Assembly (NCBI RefSeq): GCF_009914755.1
Contig: NC_060933.1
Strand: one strand, 5' to 3'
Source of the DNA: the human T2T-CHM13v2.0 reference genome, Homo sapiens
Length of the DNA: 64,000 bases
Positions 32,870-52,304 of this stretch are shown piece after piece. Position numbers and translations under genes: made by a program. Under the pieces are notes generated by a model. The model was not told the origin of the DNA and ran no database searches. It saw only the letters and a program-made list of their open reading frames with translations. Each line of letters begins with the position of its first letter. The stretch's first letter is position 1.

Positions 32870-33420
32870 AAAAGAACCAAATGGAATTTCTAGAATGGAA
32901 TAATACATATCTGAAATGATTTTACAAATTTTATAGGCTTAACTGCAGGAGAAAGGATGAATGAATTTGAAGCCAGATGAAAAGAAACCATTCGAGCTGA
33001 AGCAAATAGAGTAAAAATATATTTTTTAATGAACAGAGGCTCGATAATTGTGGGACAATATCTGACATGTAATTAGAATATCAGATGATGCAGAGAGAGA
33101 GAATGTGGCAGAATATTTACTTGAGGAAAATGATGGCAGAATTTCCAAATTTGAGAAAAAGTAATTCAACTTGTAGACCCAAGAAACTTGGCAAATTCCA
33201 AACAGGATAAATTTAAAGAAAATTACCATTAGGCAAGTCATCAGCAAACTGCTAAAAACCAGAGATAAAGCAGCCAAAGAAAAAAGACACATTGCATATA
33301 GGAGAACAATGATCAGAAACAACCAAGGCAGAAGACAATGGAAAACCATCTTTAAAGTGCTTATGGGGGAAGAAAGACCTGTCAATCTAGAATTTCATAA
33401 CTAGTAAAAGTATCCTGAGT
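32870..33420 (+). mobile_element. Old L1M ORF1 fragment
   Basis: aagaaccaaatggaatttctagaatg, gaatttccaaatttgag, gcagaagacaatggaaaaccatctttaaagtgct. Confidence 0.7.
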
Positions 33421-33499
33421 TATCCTAAATGAAGCCAAGTGAGTTATCTGCATCATTTGATCTGTGGAAGCACTTGTTTGGATAAGTTAGGCTCCAACA

Positions 33500-34410
<911 letters not shown>

Positions 34411-34429
34411 TGGCCCTGATTTTTTAAAA

Positions 34430-34737
34430 ATTATTTTTATTTATTTATTTTTTTATAGACAGGATCTCACCCTGTCACCCAGGCTGGAATGCAGTAGTGC
34501 TATCATAGCTCACTGTAACCTCCGACTCTTGGGCTCAAGCAGTCCTCCCACCTCAGCCTCCTAAGTAGCTGGAACTACAAGCACACACCACCATTCTCGA
34601 CTAATTTTTTAAAATTTTATAGAGATGAGGTCTCACTTTGTTGTCCAGGATGATCTCAAACTCCTTGTCTCAAGTGATCCTCTCACCTTGACCTCCCAAA
34701 GCACTAAGATTACAGGTGTAAGCCACTGTACCCAGCC
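34430..34737 (-). mobile_element. AluJ
   Basis: Diverged Alu with J diagnostics (atcatagctcactg, gggctcaagcagtcctcccacc). Confidence 0.88.
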
Positions 34738-36547
34738 ACAAATTCTTTTATTTTACTTTTTCTTATTTTTCTTTATTCCCTTTGATATACACAATCAACA
34801 CACAAATTCTTTTAAATTGTAAATGTCTGTTTAATGACTCAGGATACAGTTTATCTTGGTAAATATTACCTATGCAGTTGAAAAGAATGTATATTTTGTT
34901 GTTGGGTGGAGTGTTCTATAAATGTCAACTAGATCCAGTTGATTGATGGTATTGTCCAATTCTTCTAAATCCTTGCTGATTTTCTGTCTGCTGGTTGTAG
35001 TACTAAGAGAGGAATGTTAACGTCTCCAAAAAAAATTTTTTTTTAAGTTTTTCCTTCTAACTCTGAGGTTTTGACATGTAACCCAATTTTGTGGTAAATT
35101 CTGAAATAAAAATAATTAGGATTAACTCTAAGACTTAAAGGTATAAGACTATGGAAGTCTATCCCAAAGTATTTTCGCTACAGTTATGTGTTAGATGCCA
35201 ATGCTATGAAGCATAGAACTCGGTTTCACTTTCTTCTACTAATGTATGCTGTGTTTTGATGTCCCTTTCATTTACAGACTGTCAGAAGTCTTCTAAATGT
35301 GAGTAATCCACTTTGCCACTAAGCAAGACAAAAAAATTATTCACCAGCTCAGTTCATCAAATAAACATTTCTGCCATGAGATTGGTAATCTACACTATTT
35401 CAAAAAATTTTTAAATTTGTAGATATTTGGGTTTTATACTCTCATGATATCATCTTATATGCAAATAAGTCATTAGGGAATTGAAAGTTAATGTTTATTA
35501 AACTTTAAAAGATTGTTTTCAAACACTTCAGAAGTCTTTATTTATATCCAAATAATTATGTCAGGCTATAATCTACTGACTGAGTTCCGTTTACTTTATT
35601 TTCAGAAAGTATGAAAGCTATATTTGTAAAAAGCTTAAGGTGCTCAAGCATTAGTGACATAGAATAATCTCCATCCATTGCTTTCTAAATAAAGGAATTT
35701 TACATACTTTTTTCCGTTTCTATACTTGAACTTAAAGAAAAGCTTGCTTTGCAATGCAGAAAATTCAAATAAACTGTTAAAATTTCGACAGTCTTAGAGT
35801 CAGAAGACAATAATAGCTTGTAGTTTCTTCAGGTAATTATGGACAACATATTTAATTTATGTTGTAGGGGAGGAAGCGAGTTAAAGAGAGAGATAAGAAG
35901 ATCTGACCAAAATATGGTTAACAGTTGGGAAGAGTTTCCAGCATGTAATAGAAAAAGGAGATAAAAGAGTACTTGAATAAGAGTGCAATGTTTTAAATCC
36001 TCAGAGCCAAAATAATACAGTATGTCATTGTATCACCATCTTAAATAACAGGTGAATAGATTTGGAATGATAAATACTTTCAAAGAAATAAAAGAAGAAC
36101 AATGGTATAATCTTCTGAATTGGAGTAACCTTGAAGCACATTTATAAGATCATATGCCATGAACTGATATTCACTTCTATATTGTGTAAAATATAAATAC
36201 TTAACGGCAACACTTTCTCTAATGCACCTTCAAAAGTACAACTGTTTATGCCATTAGAGTTCAGAATAGTAGCTTAAAGAGGAAATCTTTATAGTATTGG
36301 CCTCTACAGTATTCATATGCCTGCATTATGTGTATCTTAAAATAGCTCCTTTCTCCTCTTGAGAGTAAAGGGACTCAATTATTACTATATGCATTCTCCT
36401 AAATCCAAGGGAGCCCCATTCTTTAACAACCTGCTCTGTGGACTTAGAAAACAAATAGAAAAGCTATACATTATTCATATATTTTGGCAGCATACTGAAG
36501 CCCTTAGAGCAAGTAATAAATGATCAGATGTCTCCCTCGAACCTTAC

Positions 36548-36706
36548 CTGGTTTACTCTTTTGAAAAATCCAACCCTTGCCGTCTCCCACACAAAGCTCT
36601 TGGCCACTGGGTGAAATCCAAGCTGGGTAGTTGATCATGATAATTCCCGCATGTCATGGGCAGCAGCATCTCTCAGAGTCCCACAAGCCAACTGCTTGAA
36701 ACGAAC
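36548..36706 (-). other. LINGO2: Spliced 159-nt internal exon, probably a non-coding 5'-UTR exon of LINGO2
   Basis: The minus strand reads tcttgtttgttgcag|GTTCGTTTC...GAGTAAACCAG|gtaaggt, a canonical acceptor and a strong donor around non-repetitive, GC-richer sequence. No frame is open across the whole exon. The gene name comes from my recall of the LINGO2 5'-UTR and was not checked by search. Confidence 0.75.
36553..36669 (-). CDS. Candidate 38-aa upstream ORF inside the exon (MLLPMTCGNYHDQLPSLDFTQWPRALCGRRQGLDFSKE)
   Basis: ATG at 36669-36667 (G at -3), a second in-frame ATG at 36657, and TAA at 36555-36553. An in-frame TGA lies two codons upstream. Translation is unproven. Confidence 0.35.
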   Translation of the reverse strand: MLLPMTCGNYHDQLPSLDFTQWPRALCGRRQGLDFSKE

Positions 36707-39700
36707 CTGCAACAAACAAGATATTTCTCCATTTTAATTGAAAAATAGTGAACCGTGTCCTAGGTCCAGGAGGCATCACAACTTAATCAATAAGGGAATC
36801 ATAAAGGAGTGTGTGAGGGACTATAAATGCTTCTCAAGATGCTGATAAACATTAAAACTGGAAGACTGAAGTTTATGTGCTACAAAAGGTGTTTTTTCCA
36901 AGTGCATGTCCCTCTGCATGTTGTTATTGATCTACTCAAGCCATCAGTTATTAATGAACATTATTGATATTAAAACTCACACATCCTATATAGTATGTAC
37001 CGCCTCTTCTTCAGGTAGGTGACCAGTTGGGGTACTCAGAGTATTCTTCTACTTTACCCATAATATTCTCAGGGTAACTGGGCAATGGGATGCAATAGGG
37101 CAAAACCCATGAGCAGTTAGAGCGAAATCCACAAGATTGTGGATCAAGGACAATTTCCTTTGTGATTTCTGATGCTCCAGTCAATGTGAACATTCCCTGT
37201 ATAAATGTTGGGTCACCTTTCTAGGATAATGTGTGAGAAACAACTTTGAGGGACATATGTAAGGTGTTGCAAATTCAGCAGCCACCATTATTGATATCAA
37301 CATACAGACTGTATGACAGTAAGACAGTACTGTAAGAGAGTAACCAATGTAAATGCATTGTAGCCAGAGTGGGTACACAAAGGAATGACCAGACTCAAGA
37401 AAGTAATTAGACAGCTAATTTGGGGGCAATGTACCACGTATTTAATGATTCAGTTGTTTATGTCCATGAATAAATATGGCATTTAAACTTAATTAGCATG
37501 TTTGACTTTTATTCATACAGAGAAAACCTATGTATAATCAGTAACCTTTATTGGACTGTTATCTGACACATAAACAACACTTCAATAGACGATCAGGATG
37601 ATATTAATGAACAGAAATGCTCACTGGTCTTCCCAGGGTAGCTCTTAAAAACTATTAGATTTTTTATAACTATAACAACCATATTTAGTAATACATATAC
37701 AGAAGCAAATTTATTACTATTATTTTCTACGTAGTGCACAGAAAGGGCTTAGAGGTTATTCTAAGTCTGTAGGGGGACTTGTGAATAACTACGTTCTGAA
37801 GATTCATGGACACAGGTGCAAAAACTGATTTTAACAAGCAACAAAATAATAAATCCTCATGCACCTGTGATTAGAGCTTCACGGATTCCCAGAAGTCAGT
37901 GTGGAGACTTTGTTAAAAGGCACAACAGTATGATATCCTATTACACCATTTCAGCCACAATGCTAAGATGACAAAGGGTTCAAGTTGAACACATGCCTTG
38001 CACTAGAATGCAGCACTTCAAAATAATTCCTTAAACAAAGAGGTGTATATGTGACACTAAATGACAATACTGCAATTCAAAGCAGGAGCGTTATGTTGAT
38101 GCTATTAGATACCCATAAATATCCACACCCCCTCAACACACACACGTCTAAAATTTTTGTATTTATTGATCCAAGTTGTGGTACTTATTAACCTATAACC
38201 TCAGTCAACTTCTAGATGCAAACTGTTTTTATTCATGCCAACATTTTTTTCTACTTCCTATCTTCTTTGAAGATCTTCTGGAAATTATCATATCACTTAT
38301 TTTATAAAACAAACCTGTTTTCATGAATGATAAACCTTTTTTGGTCTTTTGGCAGCCATGAAGGATATTAAAAGAAGCCGTATACTAGTGGACCAGATGA
38401 CAGGGAAGAGTTTATAAACATAATTTCTAAGCTTCCAAACTGGGTTTGAAGTGAGAAATTTTTGAAAGCTACTTGCTTTGGAAGCACTCATCAGTGACTT
38501 AGCGCCACTTCTCATACTTTGGTTCTGCCACTTATTATAAAAAAAGTGAAAATAAGTCAGTATAACTACTTGCTTTATAAAATGGCTATATTTTATTACA
38601 CAGAAATGATGCTATTGATCCCTCCTCAGAAGGGGTAAGTTTTGTGTATTTTCTTTTCAGCAGTGATGATTTTCCACTAACTTTTGTTCATTTATTTATT
38701 TATTAGCCCTCTTATTCATTCCACACATTTTATTTGAGCACCTCTGTTGTGCCAGGCATGGGATTTGGTGCTACAGGTACAAAGCAAAAAGACATAAGTT
38801 CTCTTCATGAAAAGATTATCACTGATTCTATTCTGTTTAACATTTTCTTGTAACCAAGAAAGGCAGCAATATTACATCCAATCAAGATGATTAGCCTTAC
38901 CTTATGAACAATCTGCTATGTGACCAGAGCTGGGAAATTCATGAGGTTTGTCAGTGAGTAGAGCACTATAGGCCAAGGGAAAATCTACAATATAGAAGGA
39001 TCAATTCACATAGCTAATGCTTGTGAGGTTGTTATTGGATGTGATAGCTTTGTGTCACTCTTATATCTTCTTCCACAACCTCATGTAGCTGAGTTAAAAT
39101 GAATCAGATAATCCAACCAATTAGGTTTTGATAGTACAATAACATCTACGGCATCAAACACAAGAGTCACTGCCTTCCAACTGTTGTGTAAGGAATTACA
39201 GTACAATCCTGTGTGCTCTGCATCACATCCAAGTTAACAGACTTTTGTGTGTGCGGGGGTAGGGGAAGATGCTATTGTATAAGTTGCTTTACACAATTTT
39301 TGTATGATTATTCTATTTGTTTTCTCTAAAAGGAGATACAAAATTAAATGCATGTATTCTCCTTGAAGAGAAGTCTATGAGGGGTCATAAGAAGTACCAA
39401 TTCCACGACATTGGTTTGAAACTGTATCCTGTCACCAACTTTCATTATGAAAAAACACGCTTCAAATAATTTTTCACTTATCTCTCTCCAAATATGTTAT
39501 TAATGAGAATACAATGAAAACAAAAGGTAGGCATAATTATTATTTAAAATGCTCTTAGATAGTAGGTGACTTTTTTTTTACTAAAATCAATATGATTTCC
39601 AAAGGATTTAATTATTTTATGTTTTGAAACTCTGCTATTACTGGGATGCATAGTATGATAACAAGATATTTTCTTTAATGCTTTCATTTTTTTGAGAAAC

Positions 39701-39711
39701 TTATTCTTTTA

Positions 39712-40170
<459 letters not shown>

Positions 40171-41977
40171 TCACTGTTGTACATTAATTTAAAACAAAAC
40201 AAGACCAAAATAACATTTGGAAAACAAAGGAGAAGAAATTCTAACATGTACAAACGCTGTTTTCCTGTTTGTTGGCCTGGCCCTAAGTGCCAGTTGAATT
40301 TTGGTATTCTTTGTCTTTCCTTATGCACAACACTACTACCCTTTTAGTATACCTTATTGCTTTGAAGAAAGCTTTCCAAAGGATCCCCTTAGCACTTAGG
40401 CACTCATTTTATAGGCTATTGATTTGCACTTGTTGACAAGTTGTTTTTTATACGTTATCTCAGCTTCATCTTCCCCGTGGAGACATGTTGCATAGCCCTC
40501 TAGGTGGCCAACAGAACTATAAGAGTACTCAGCATTCAGTGAGTTCAATGCATTTGTTAAATGATTGCTTGATCTTGATATATTCTGGAAGCTTTGTGTC
40601 TAAGTCACTCATTTTCCCATACTAACACAGAGAATATAATAATCAAGAATGTAAAAACAGAGAGATTATAAATAATCAAAATTATGAGGCTTTCTACCTT
40701 AAAAATGTCAAATTTAGCCTTTTCTGTCAGTAATTTTAGGGAAAGGGTAGGTTTGGCCATTTATTATTCACAAAATTATTGCTTCTAATTTTTTTTTTCT
40801 ATTCATTTAGTCTGATGAAAAGGTCAGAAAGTATTTCTCAGTAGGCAGAGGTCATTAACAACTACCACTAATACTTGTAAATGTTGTTGCTATCTATTTT
40901 ATATGTAGTTTCTTTTTAATTGTCTCCCAAATTATGAGAAGTTTATACTATAATAATGCCCACTTTATGGTGATTAAAATAAGAATCAGAAAGTTTAAGT
41001 TACTCACCCAAGGATATAGAGCCTTTGAAAAATGGAGCTGTGATTTCAATGCAGTTAATTGATAGTGCTGTACCGTATTAACTCAATTAATGATAAGTTC
41101 CTAGAGACTGAATCTGAAAGATTCACTCAATTTATAGATGAAAAACTTAGTCCCAGGGAAGTAAAGTGACATATTAGAGGCTACTCAGATCTCAATAGGG
41201 TCTGGAAAAGCATTTAAACCCATGATACTCCTGTCTTTCCAATACACCACTTTCTTACCCAGCTTACTCAGCATGGTGTCCAAACAACTTTATAGATTTC
41301 CAATTCACTTGATTTTTTTTGTAAATGGTGTTTCTGGTAGGTTTTATTTCATAAAGAAGATACCAAAGCCAACAAACAAAATAACAGGATTTTGAGATAC
41401 ACAGTTTTAAATGAATTTAATTTTGAAAGCAACAGATGACCTTTCTCTCTCTCATTTTTCTAATGGAAAAAAAAAAAAAAAACAAAGACACAAAGAGAAG
41501 ACTGTGTTGATAGACTATGACAAAACCCCTGATTAGATTAAAGTATGAATAGCACATCAGTGTTTTGCTGATGAACATTTTGTATGTGTAGCTACATTAT
41601 TAGTAATCACAAGCTGCAAATAATCTTGCAAAATACTCATTTGATATCATTTTCATTTCAGAACCCAGCAGGAAGCCCTTCAAGTGACATAAAGCAAGAT
41701 CTAAGGTAACGCTATCAATCACTGAGAACGCAGGGCCTGATACTCAAGCACAATTCTCTTTGTTTTTGTCTTCGCTCAAAGATGCCTAATTCTGAATTTG
41801 ATTATGATCTAGAAACTTTACCAATTAAAATAGGCCACATTCTTGTTTTCATTTTCTCAAAATGAGGCATCCATTTGTCACATTCCCACATTTTCCACAG
41901 TTGAAACTTGCCTCTGTCCTTTTTCCTTCCTTTCCTGAGTGTTTTATCCCTTCCTGCCTGCTTTCTTCTTTCTACCT

Positions 41978-42480
41978 TTTCTTCCTTCCTCCATTGTCTT
42001 TTTTCTTCCTCCCTTCCATCCTTCTTTCCTTTCCTTTTCACCTTCTTCATTTCAACAAATATTTAAACATGTTTTAAGTTCTATGCAATATGCTAGGCTC
42101 AGAGGACAAGGCAAGACACTTAGTTCGTGTTCAAGTATTGCTCATAGTCTAGTAGTGTGAACGGGGAAGTAAACCAACAAATTATGGAAGAAGAGTAGAG
42201 GTGCAACCTACATTGAACATGTCAGAACATGTCAGCTTTGAGTAGAAAATAATTCATAAATTGATCCTGATTGGTTTGGCTTGGCCTGGTCAACTTAGAA
42301 CTCACAAACAAAATATAATTATCATTAGGCAGTTTCCAAATACTTCATATACTCTGAGTTTTCTATGATTTAGAGAGAGATCTTTTAAATTCTCAAAGCT
42401 CACAAACTGGAATGCCTCAGAGCCAAGTGTATCTCTTAAATGTAAATATAGTGTGGCTGACTTTGACAAGGAGCCAGAGA
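41978..42480 (+). repeat. Source arm of a 503-bp inverted duplication
   Basis: Base-by-base reverse complement of 47181-47683 with 5 transitions and no indels. Contains a pyrimidine-rich tract and an L2 3' fragment. Confidence 0.97.
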
Positions 42481-43079
42481 GCCACCAATGGTGAGCTGGA
42501 GAAAGTAAGCTTAGACTAAGGATATTACAAACAACATTTGAAACACCATTTTGCCAGAAAGAACACATTTTTGGACTGGTTTTGGTCCTTGGCCACCAGT
42601 TTGAGATCCTCCTTTGTAACTATTGAGGAGTCACCATCCACTGCTCTCTAGATATAGTATAGGTCCCATTTCCACTGCCTTTGGCAAAATCCATGACAAG
42701 TTAAAAACAAAAAAACAAAAAAAACAGAAACTTCTCCCTAGAAATCCTTTCTAGTGGGGAAAAAACAACTTCTGAATTAGCTCATCAAAATTATGAGAGT
42801 GTTGTTGATAATGTGGGTTCTTGGGCAATGCCCCAGAATTAATGAATCACCATGTCTAGAGTGAGACTGGAGATTCTGAAGATGACACTTCCCTAGATTA
42901 CACTTAGACACACTCATGTTTAAGAACTCTTCTAGAACAAAGCCATTTTTTAATTTTTCCAGCATTTTCCCACAAATTTAATGTAAAACATTTATTTCTC
43001 TTTGAGTTTCAGATAGCCTATTTTGGGGGAAAATGATTCTTCCATGAATTGCATAAAGTGAGAAATGGCCTTTCAATTC

Positions 43080-43520
43080 TACACAAGAAGATCATCCCTA
43101 AAATACATAATCATCAGGTTTTCCAAGGTCTAAATGAAATACAGAATGTTAAAGTCAGCTAGAAAGAAAAGGCAGGTCACCTACAAAGGAGACCCCATCA
43201 GGCTAACCATGGACCTCTCAGCTGAAATCCTACAAGCCAGAAGAGATTGGGGGCCTATATTCAACATTCTTAAAGAAAAAATCTTCAACCAAGAATTCTA
43301 TGTCCAGCCAAACTAAGCTTCCTCTGTGAAGGAGAAATAAGATCATTTCCAGATAAGCAAATATAGAGGGAGTTCCTTACCACCAGACCTGCCTTATAAG
43401 ATATCTTGAAAGGAGCACTAAATGTAGAAAGGAAAGACCTCTAGCAGCTAATATAAAAACACAGTAAATACACAGACCAGTGTCACTACAAAGCAGCCAT
43501 ATAAACAAGCTAATGCAATC
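43080..43520 (+). mobile_element. Isolated internal L1P ORF1 C-terminal fragment
   Basis: ORF 43134-43316 (ARKKRQVTYKGDPIRLTMDLSAEILQARRDWGPIFNILKEK) is L1 ORF1p; no ORF2 or tail follows. Confidence 0.88.
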
Positions 43521-43706
43521 AAGTTTTTATTGGTGTAAGGCAGACTGTGCCTAAAATGGGAAACAAGAAATGATGGAGGGTAAGTGGTCTCACCAGGACT
43601 TACATTTCATGAAGAAGAAACTGTCATCTCTCTATATAACCACCCTCAAGAACAGTGCCACTGCATTAGTTTGACAGCAGTACCATTTCCTGATGGGATG
43701 TAGTTA

Positions 43707-44020
<314 letters not shown>

Positions 44021-44109
44021 TATAACCCCTTTCAGCAGGGTGATGGTAGTAGGGATGAATCAAAAGTAACACAATATTCTAAAGAAGAGAGATGGGAAAA
44101 TAATAAGTA

Positions 44110-44330
44110 TTTGGCAAGTGACCATTGAGAATTAGTGTGTCACATTGTATGCTTTACATACATGTTCTCATTTAATCTTCATAAAAAACCTGGGAGACAG
44201 GTACTACTTCCATTTTGCAATTGAAAAGCATGGGGTCAGAAAAGATAAGTAGCTTGCTTAAGGTCAAAAAGTTACAAGGGAGAATTAAGATTTAAACTTG
44301 TGACTTGTTAATTGTATAGGTCTTACGCTT
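44110..44330 (-). mobile_element. MIR
   Basis: ctcatttaatcttcata...ccattttgcaattgaaaagcatggggtcaga...aagtagcttgcttaaggtca. Confidence 0.65.
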
Positions 44331-44792
44331 TCTAGCACAATAAATGCTCTGTATGTCATTTGTCCTATCAATTTGCTTTTGATTTCCCACATCAAGAATA
44401 AAGCCAGATCAACCCATTTCTTTCTCTATTTCTAATAGTTCCTTCCCCTAAACACTATATTCCACTTTATCCCAATATCAGGTATATACAGACAAAATAC
44501 AAGAGAGACAATGTCATGGACAGCTTGTGTATATATGTGTGTGAATATGATTTTATTTGTTTTTGTTTTCATTTAGGCTTTCCATAAACCAACATGCTCC
44601 TCTTTCTACTAATTCTCTGATTTTTATTAGGAAGTTGTTGCTGAGGATAATCTTGGAGGGAAGGAAAGACCTTCTTTCTACTGCAGCCTGGGAATGAGAG
44701 GGGCTTGGATGTGACCTAACTCAACTAACATGACCTAAATATGAAAGCTTGAGGGAGTGACACAAAGGTTTTTTAAACTGTAGTTATATATA

Positions 44793-45297
44793 AAATTGAC
44801 CCCTGAACAACATGTGGATTAGGAACACCAACATCCTCATGCAGTTGAAAATTTGTGTACAATATTTGACTCCCCCAAAACTTAACTACTAGCAGTCTAC
44901 TCTTGACTGGAAGCCTTACTGTAACATAACAGTAGATTAACACGTGTTTTGTGTGCTCTATTTATTAAATACTGTAATCTTACAATAAATTAAGCTAAAG
45001 AAAAGAAAATGTTATTAAGTAAACCATGAGGAAGAAAAAGGTATTTACTCTTTATAATAAATACCTTTATGGGTTATCATAAAGGTCTTCATCTTCATTG
45101 TCTTCATGTTGAGTAGGCTAAGGAGGAGGAAGGGAAAGGGTTGGTCTTGCTGTCTCTGGGGTGGCAGAAGAGGAAGAGGTAAAGGAGATAGAAAAGGAGG
45201 CAGGAGAACCAACACACTGGGTATAACTTTTACTGACAAAAATCCACATGTAAGTGGACACAAGCAGTTCAAACCTGTGTTGTTTAAGGATCACCTG
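44793..45297. mobile_element. Tigger2a/MER28 non-autonomous DNA transposon
   Basis: Degenerate terminal inverted repeats ttgacccctgaacaaca and tgttgtttaaggatcacctg; internal purine-rich tract typical of the family. Confidence 0.78.
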
Positions 45298-46379
45298 TGT
45301 ATGTGTGTGTATGTGTACATATATATTTACATTATACAGACATTTATAAGGATAGATGCATAACAATGATAGCTAAAGCACTGGGTTTCCCTGCAATATG
45401 ATCTAGGTGCACAAGCTTCTTTATTCCTCTCCATATGCCTGTTTTGTGAGATGTGGATCTCCTTCTGATGAATTCTTTTTCTGCTTATGACAGCCAGAGT
45501 CATTTTCTAATATTTATAACAAAAAATCCTTACTGATACAGAAATTTGTTCTTTGAAAATTTTAAATAATTAAAAAATTTAAAATGTATATATATATATA
45601 AAATGTATAATTCTAAAAATATACTTCACCTGGCATAGAATTAAATAGCTACATATATGTATAATTTGTATAATTACATTATATACACATATACTGATTT
45701 ATAAATATATACATGATATGTATATGTATGTAATTAAATGTTGTACAATTTACAGAGAGTGAAACATAAGATTTTATGTATACACTTGGATCAGTTTTAA
45801 GAAATCAGTATATCCCTGAAACCAACACTTAAATCAGGATATAGAATATTTCTGCACCCCAGAAAGCTTCCTCATATCTCTTCCTTTCAACACACACCTC
45901 TCACAGGCAATTAGTATTCTGGTTTTAAAAGATTTGTTTCACCTGTTCTTGAGCTTTATATAAATGGAATTATACAGTACACACATTTATATAAGTCTTT
46001 TTGTGGATATATGTTTTCATTTCTCTTGGAAGTTTACTTTTAGGTATTTGTTTAGATCTATGTTTAACTATATTAGAAACTTTACCAAACAATTCAAATT
46101 AATAGAAAACCTACTGGCACCCAGCTCAGAGACTAACTCAAAGTAGCATGGAGTATGTCGAAGAGAATAACAAAAAATAAAGCATGAAAAACAAAATTTG
46201 AATAAATAAACTGTAGCTGAGGTTATAATGCCTCTAGTAAAGTTAGCAATAAGATGTAAAGTCTTTATCAGTTATTTTAGAAAATACTTTAATTCTATTA
46301 CTTATCAATGTTCTAGGAAGAATTTGGCAAATGACTTGCAGATAAAATGGAATAGCCAGAGCAACTTTACAATAAAGAT

Positions 46380-47041
46380 ACATTAAATTAAAAGAGATTT
46401 GCTTCATACAAAAGCAGTTGATGTAACCATATTAACCATACTAATAAACTAAAAAATAAAAACCATATGATCATCTCAATTGACATACAAAAAGCATTTG
46501 ACAAAATTCAACATCAATTCCTCATAAAAACTTTAAACAAACTGGGACTAGAAAGAAATTTCTTCAACCTGATGAAGGATATCTGCAAAAACCTGGAGCT
46601 AATATTATACTTGATGAAAGTCTGAATGCTTTCTTATTAAGATCAGGAAAAGGCAAGGATGTCAGCTCCCATCACTTCTGTTCAACATTGTAGTGGAGGT
46701 TCTATCCAGTTCAGTACGGCAAGAAATAAAAGGCATCCAAATTAGAAAGAAAAATGTTAAAACTGCCTTTATTTGCAGATGATTGTCTAAGTAAAAATCT
46801 ATTGGAATCTACACAAAAAGTACCAGAACTGATTAATATGTGGATTTAGTAAGGCTACAGAATAGAAAAATTACATACAAAAACCAATTGTATTTTTATA
46901 GTCTAGCAACAAAACATTAGACATTGAAATTTACACAAAAAAGTTCCCAATAATATAAAATTAAATGAAATACATGGGGATGACTCTTTCACAACGTACA
47001 TACAAGATCTGTACACTGAGAGCTATAAAACATTGCTCAGA
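46380..47041 (+). mobile_element. Old L1M ORF2 (RT region) fragment, left part of the target element
   Basis: aaccatatgatcatctcaattgac...gcatttgacaaaattcaac and tttgcagatgat (FADD-like); ends in codons LYTESYKTLLR. Confidence 0.85.
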
Positions 47042-47180
47042 AAAATTAGAATCCGTATGTAATTTCTTTAAAAAATTCTGTTGGGATTGTGATTAGTCAG
47101 TTTGGGGTAAATTGACATCAACAATAATGGGTTTTCTAACCCATGAATGTGGCGTTCATTCATTCATCTGGTCTTTAATT
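47042..47180 (-). mobile_element. Inverted ~140-bp continuation of the same L1M
   Basis: The reverse complement (gaaattaaagac...acattcatgggttagaaaacccattattgttgatgtcaatttaccccaaactga...ggattctaa) is the L1 ORF2 stretch that directly follows YKTLLR. Confidence 0.8.
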
Positions 47181-50945
<3,765 letters not shown>

Positions 50946-52095
50946 ATTAGGGTAAGCTAAGATTAATTTACTATTAAAGAAAAAATTTAAAAAAATTGAT
51001 AAATTTGATTTAATTACAATTTAAAACGTTTTTGCATTGTGAAAACCAATTTTAAGAAAATGAAAAGAAAAGCCACAAACCAGGGGAAAATATATGCAAG
51101 TTACATAAAAAACTCGTGTAAAATACCTAAAGAACTCTCAAAACTTAATCATATAAAAGCAAACCATTTTAAAAAAAAAGGTAAAAGAGTTGATTTCACA
51201 CTTCACCAAAGAGGCTACATGGATGGCACATCAGCACATGAAATGATGCTCAATGTGATTAGTTCTCCAGCAAATAAAAAACACCCCGAGATATTGCCAC
51301 ACAGCTATTAAATTAAATAAGATTAAAAAGGCTTATCTTACCAAGTGTTGGCAAGGGTGTGGAGGAAGCTAAACTTTTATACAGTGCTGGTAGGAGTGTA
51401 ATATGACACAACCATTTTGAAGAGTAGTTTGATGTTCCTTAAAATGTTAAAGATACACAATTATATAATCCAGCTTAAAATGTTAAGCATACACAAATAT
51501 ATAGTCCAGCCATTCAAATTCTAGGTATTTACTCACAAGAAATGGAACATATGACATACAAACACTTGTCCACAGTCGTTCCTAGAAACTTTTTTGGCAG
51601 TTTTCCAAAAGCTGAAAACTACTCAAACATCCACCAACATGTGAGTGGGTAAACAAATAGTGTTATATCCATGGAACAGAATTATACTGCACAATAAAAA
51701 GGAATGAACTAATGGTGCATGCAATACATCAATGAATCACAAAATAATTATGCTGCATGAAAGAAGCCAGATTCTTCTGCAGCCCTCCAAAAAGAATGTA
51801 TACTCTTCAACTCCATGTATATAAAACAGTAGAAAATACAAATTCAAATTAATTATGATTACAGAAAGCCATTCTGTAATCATAGCAGTTCTGCGCCTGA
51901 GGACGCAGAGAGGAAACAGGAAGGAAAAACTTAAAAGACACAAGAAAACTTGTGAGGGTGATGGATACGTTCATTATTTTAACTGCAGTGATGGTTTCAT
52001 GGGTATATTCATGTGTCAAAACATAAAAGTGTACACTTTAAGTATATGCACTTTATTATATGTCAATTATAGGTAAATAAAGCTGATTTAAATAA
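50946..52095 (+). mobile_element. Old L1M (L1MB/MC/ME-type) ORF2 end and 3' end, right part of the target element
   Basis: Degenerate ORF2 3' motifs and a typical terminus (atatgcactttattatatgtcaattata...aataaagctg). Contains a 36-bp tandem duplication at 51438-51509. Confidence 0.8.
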
Positions 52096-52304
52096 ACAAA
52101 TGGGATATAAGTATAAAGTTTAATTTGAAAATTTCTTTAAAGTTAAATCTCTTCTATCTGTAGTAATTTATTAAGAAACATTGTCCCCAATCTGATCGAG
52201 AACAAAACTTTTTTGAGCACAGAAACTCACATCATTCTTTTAAGAAGAAATTTTAATGCTGATAACATGCTCAAGCAATTTTTAATAAAGTTCAACAATA
52301 CTAA

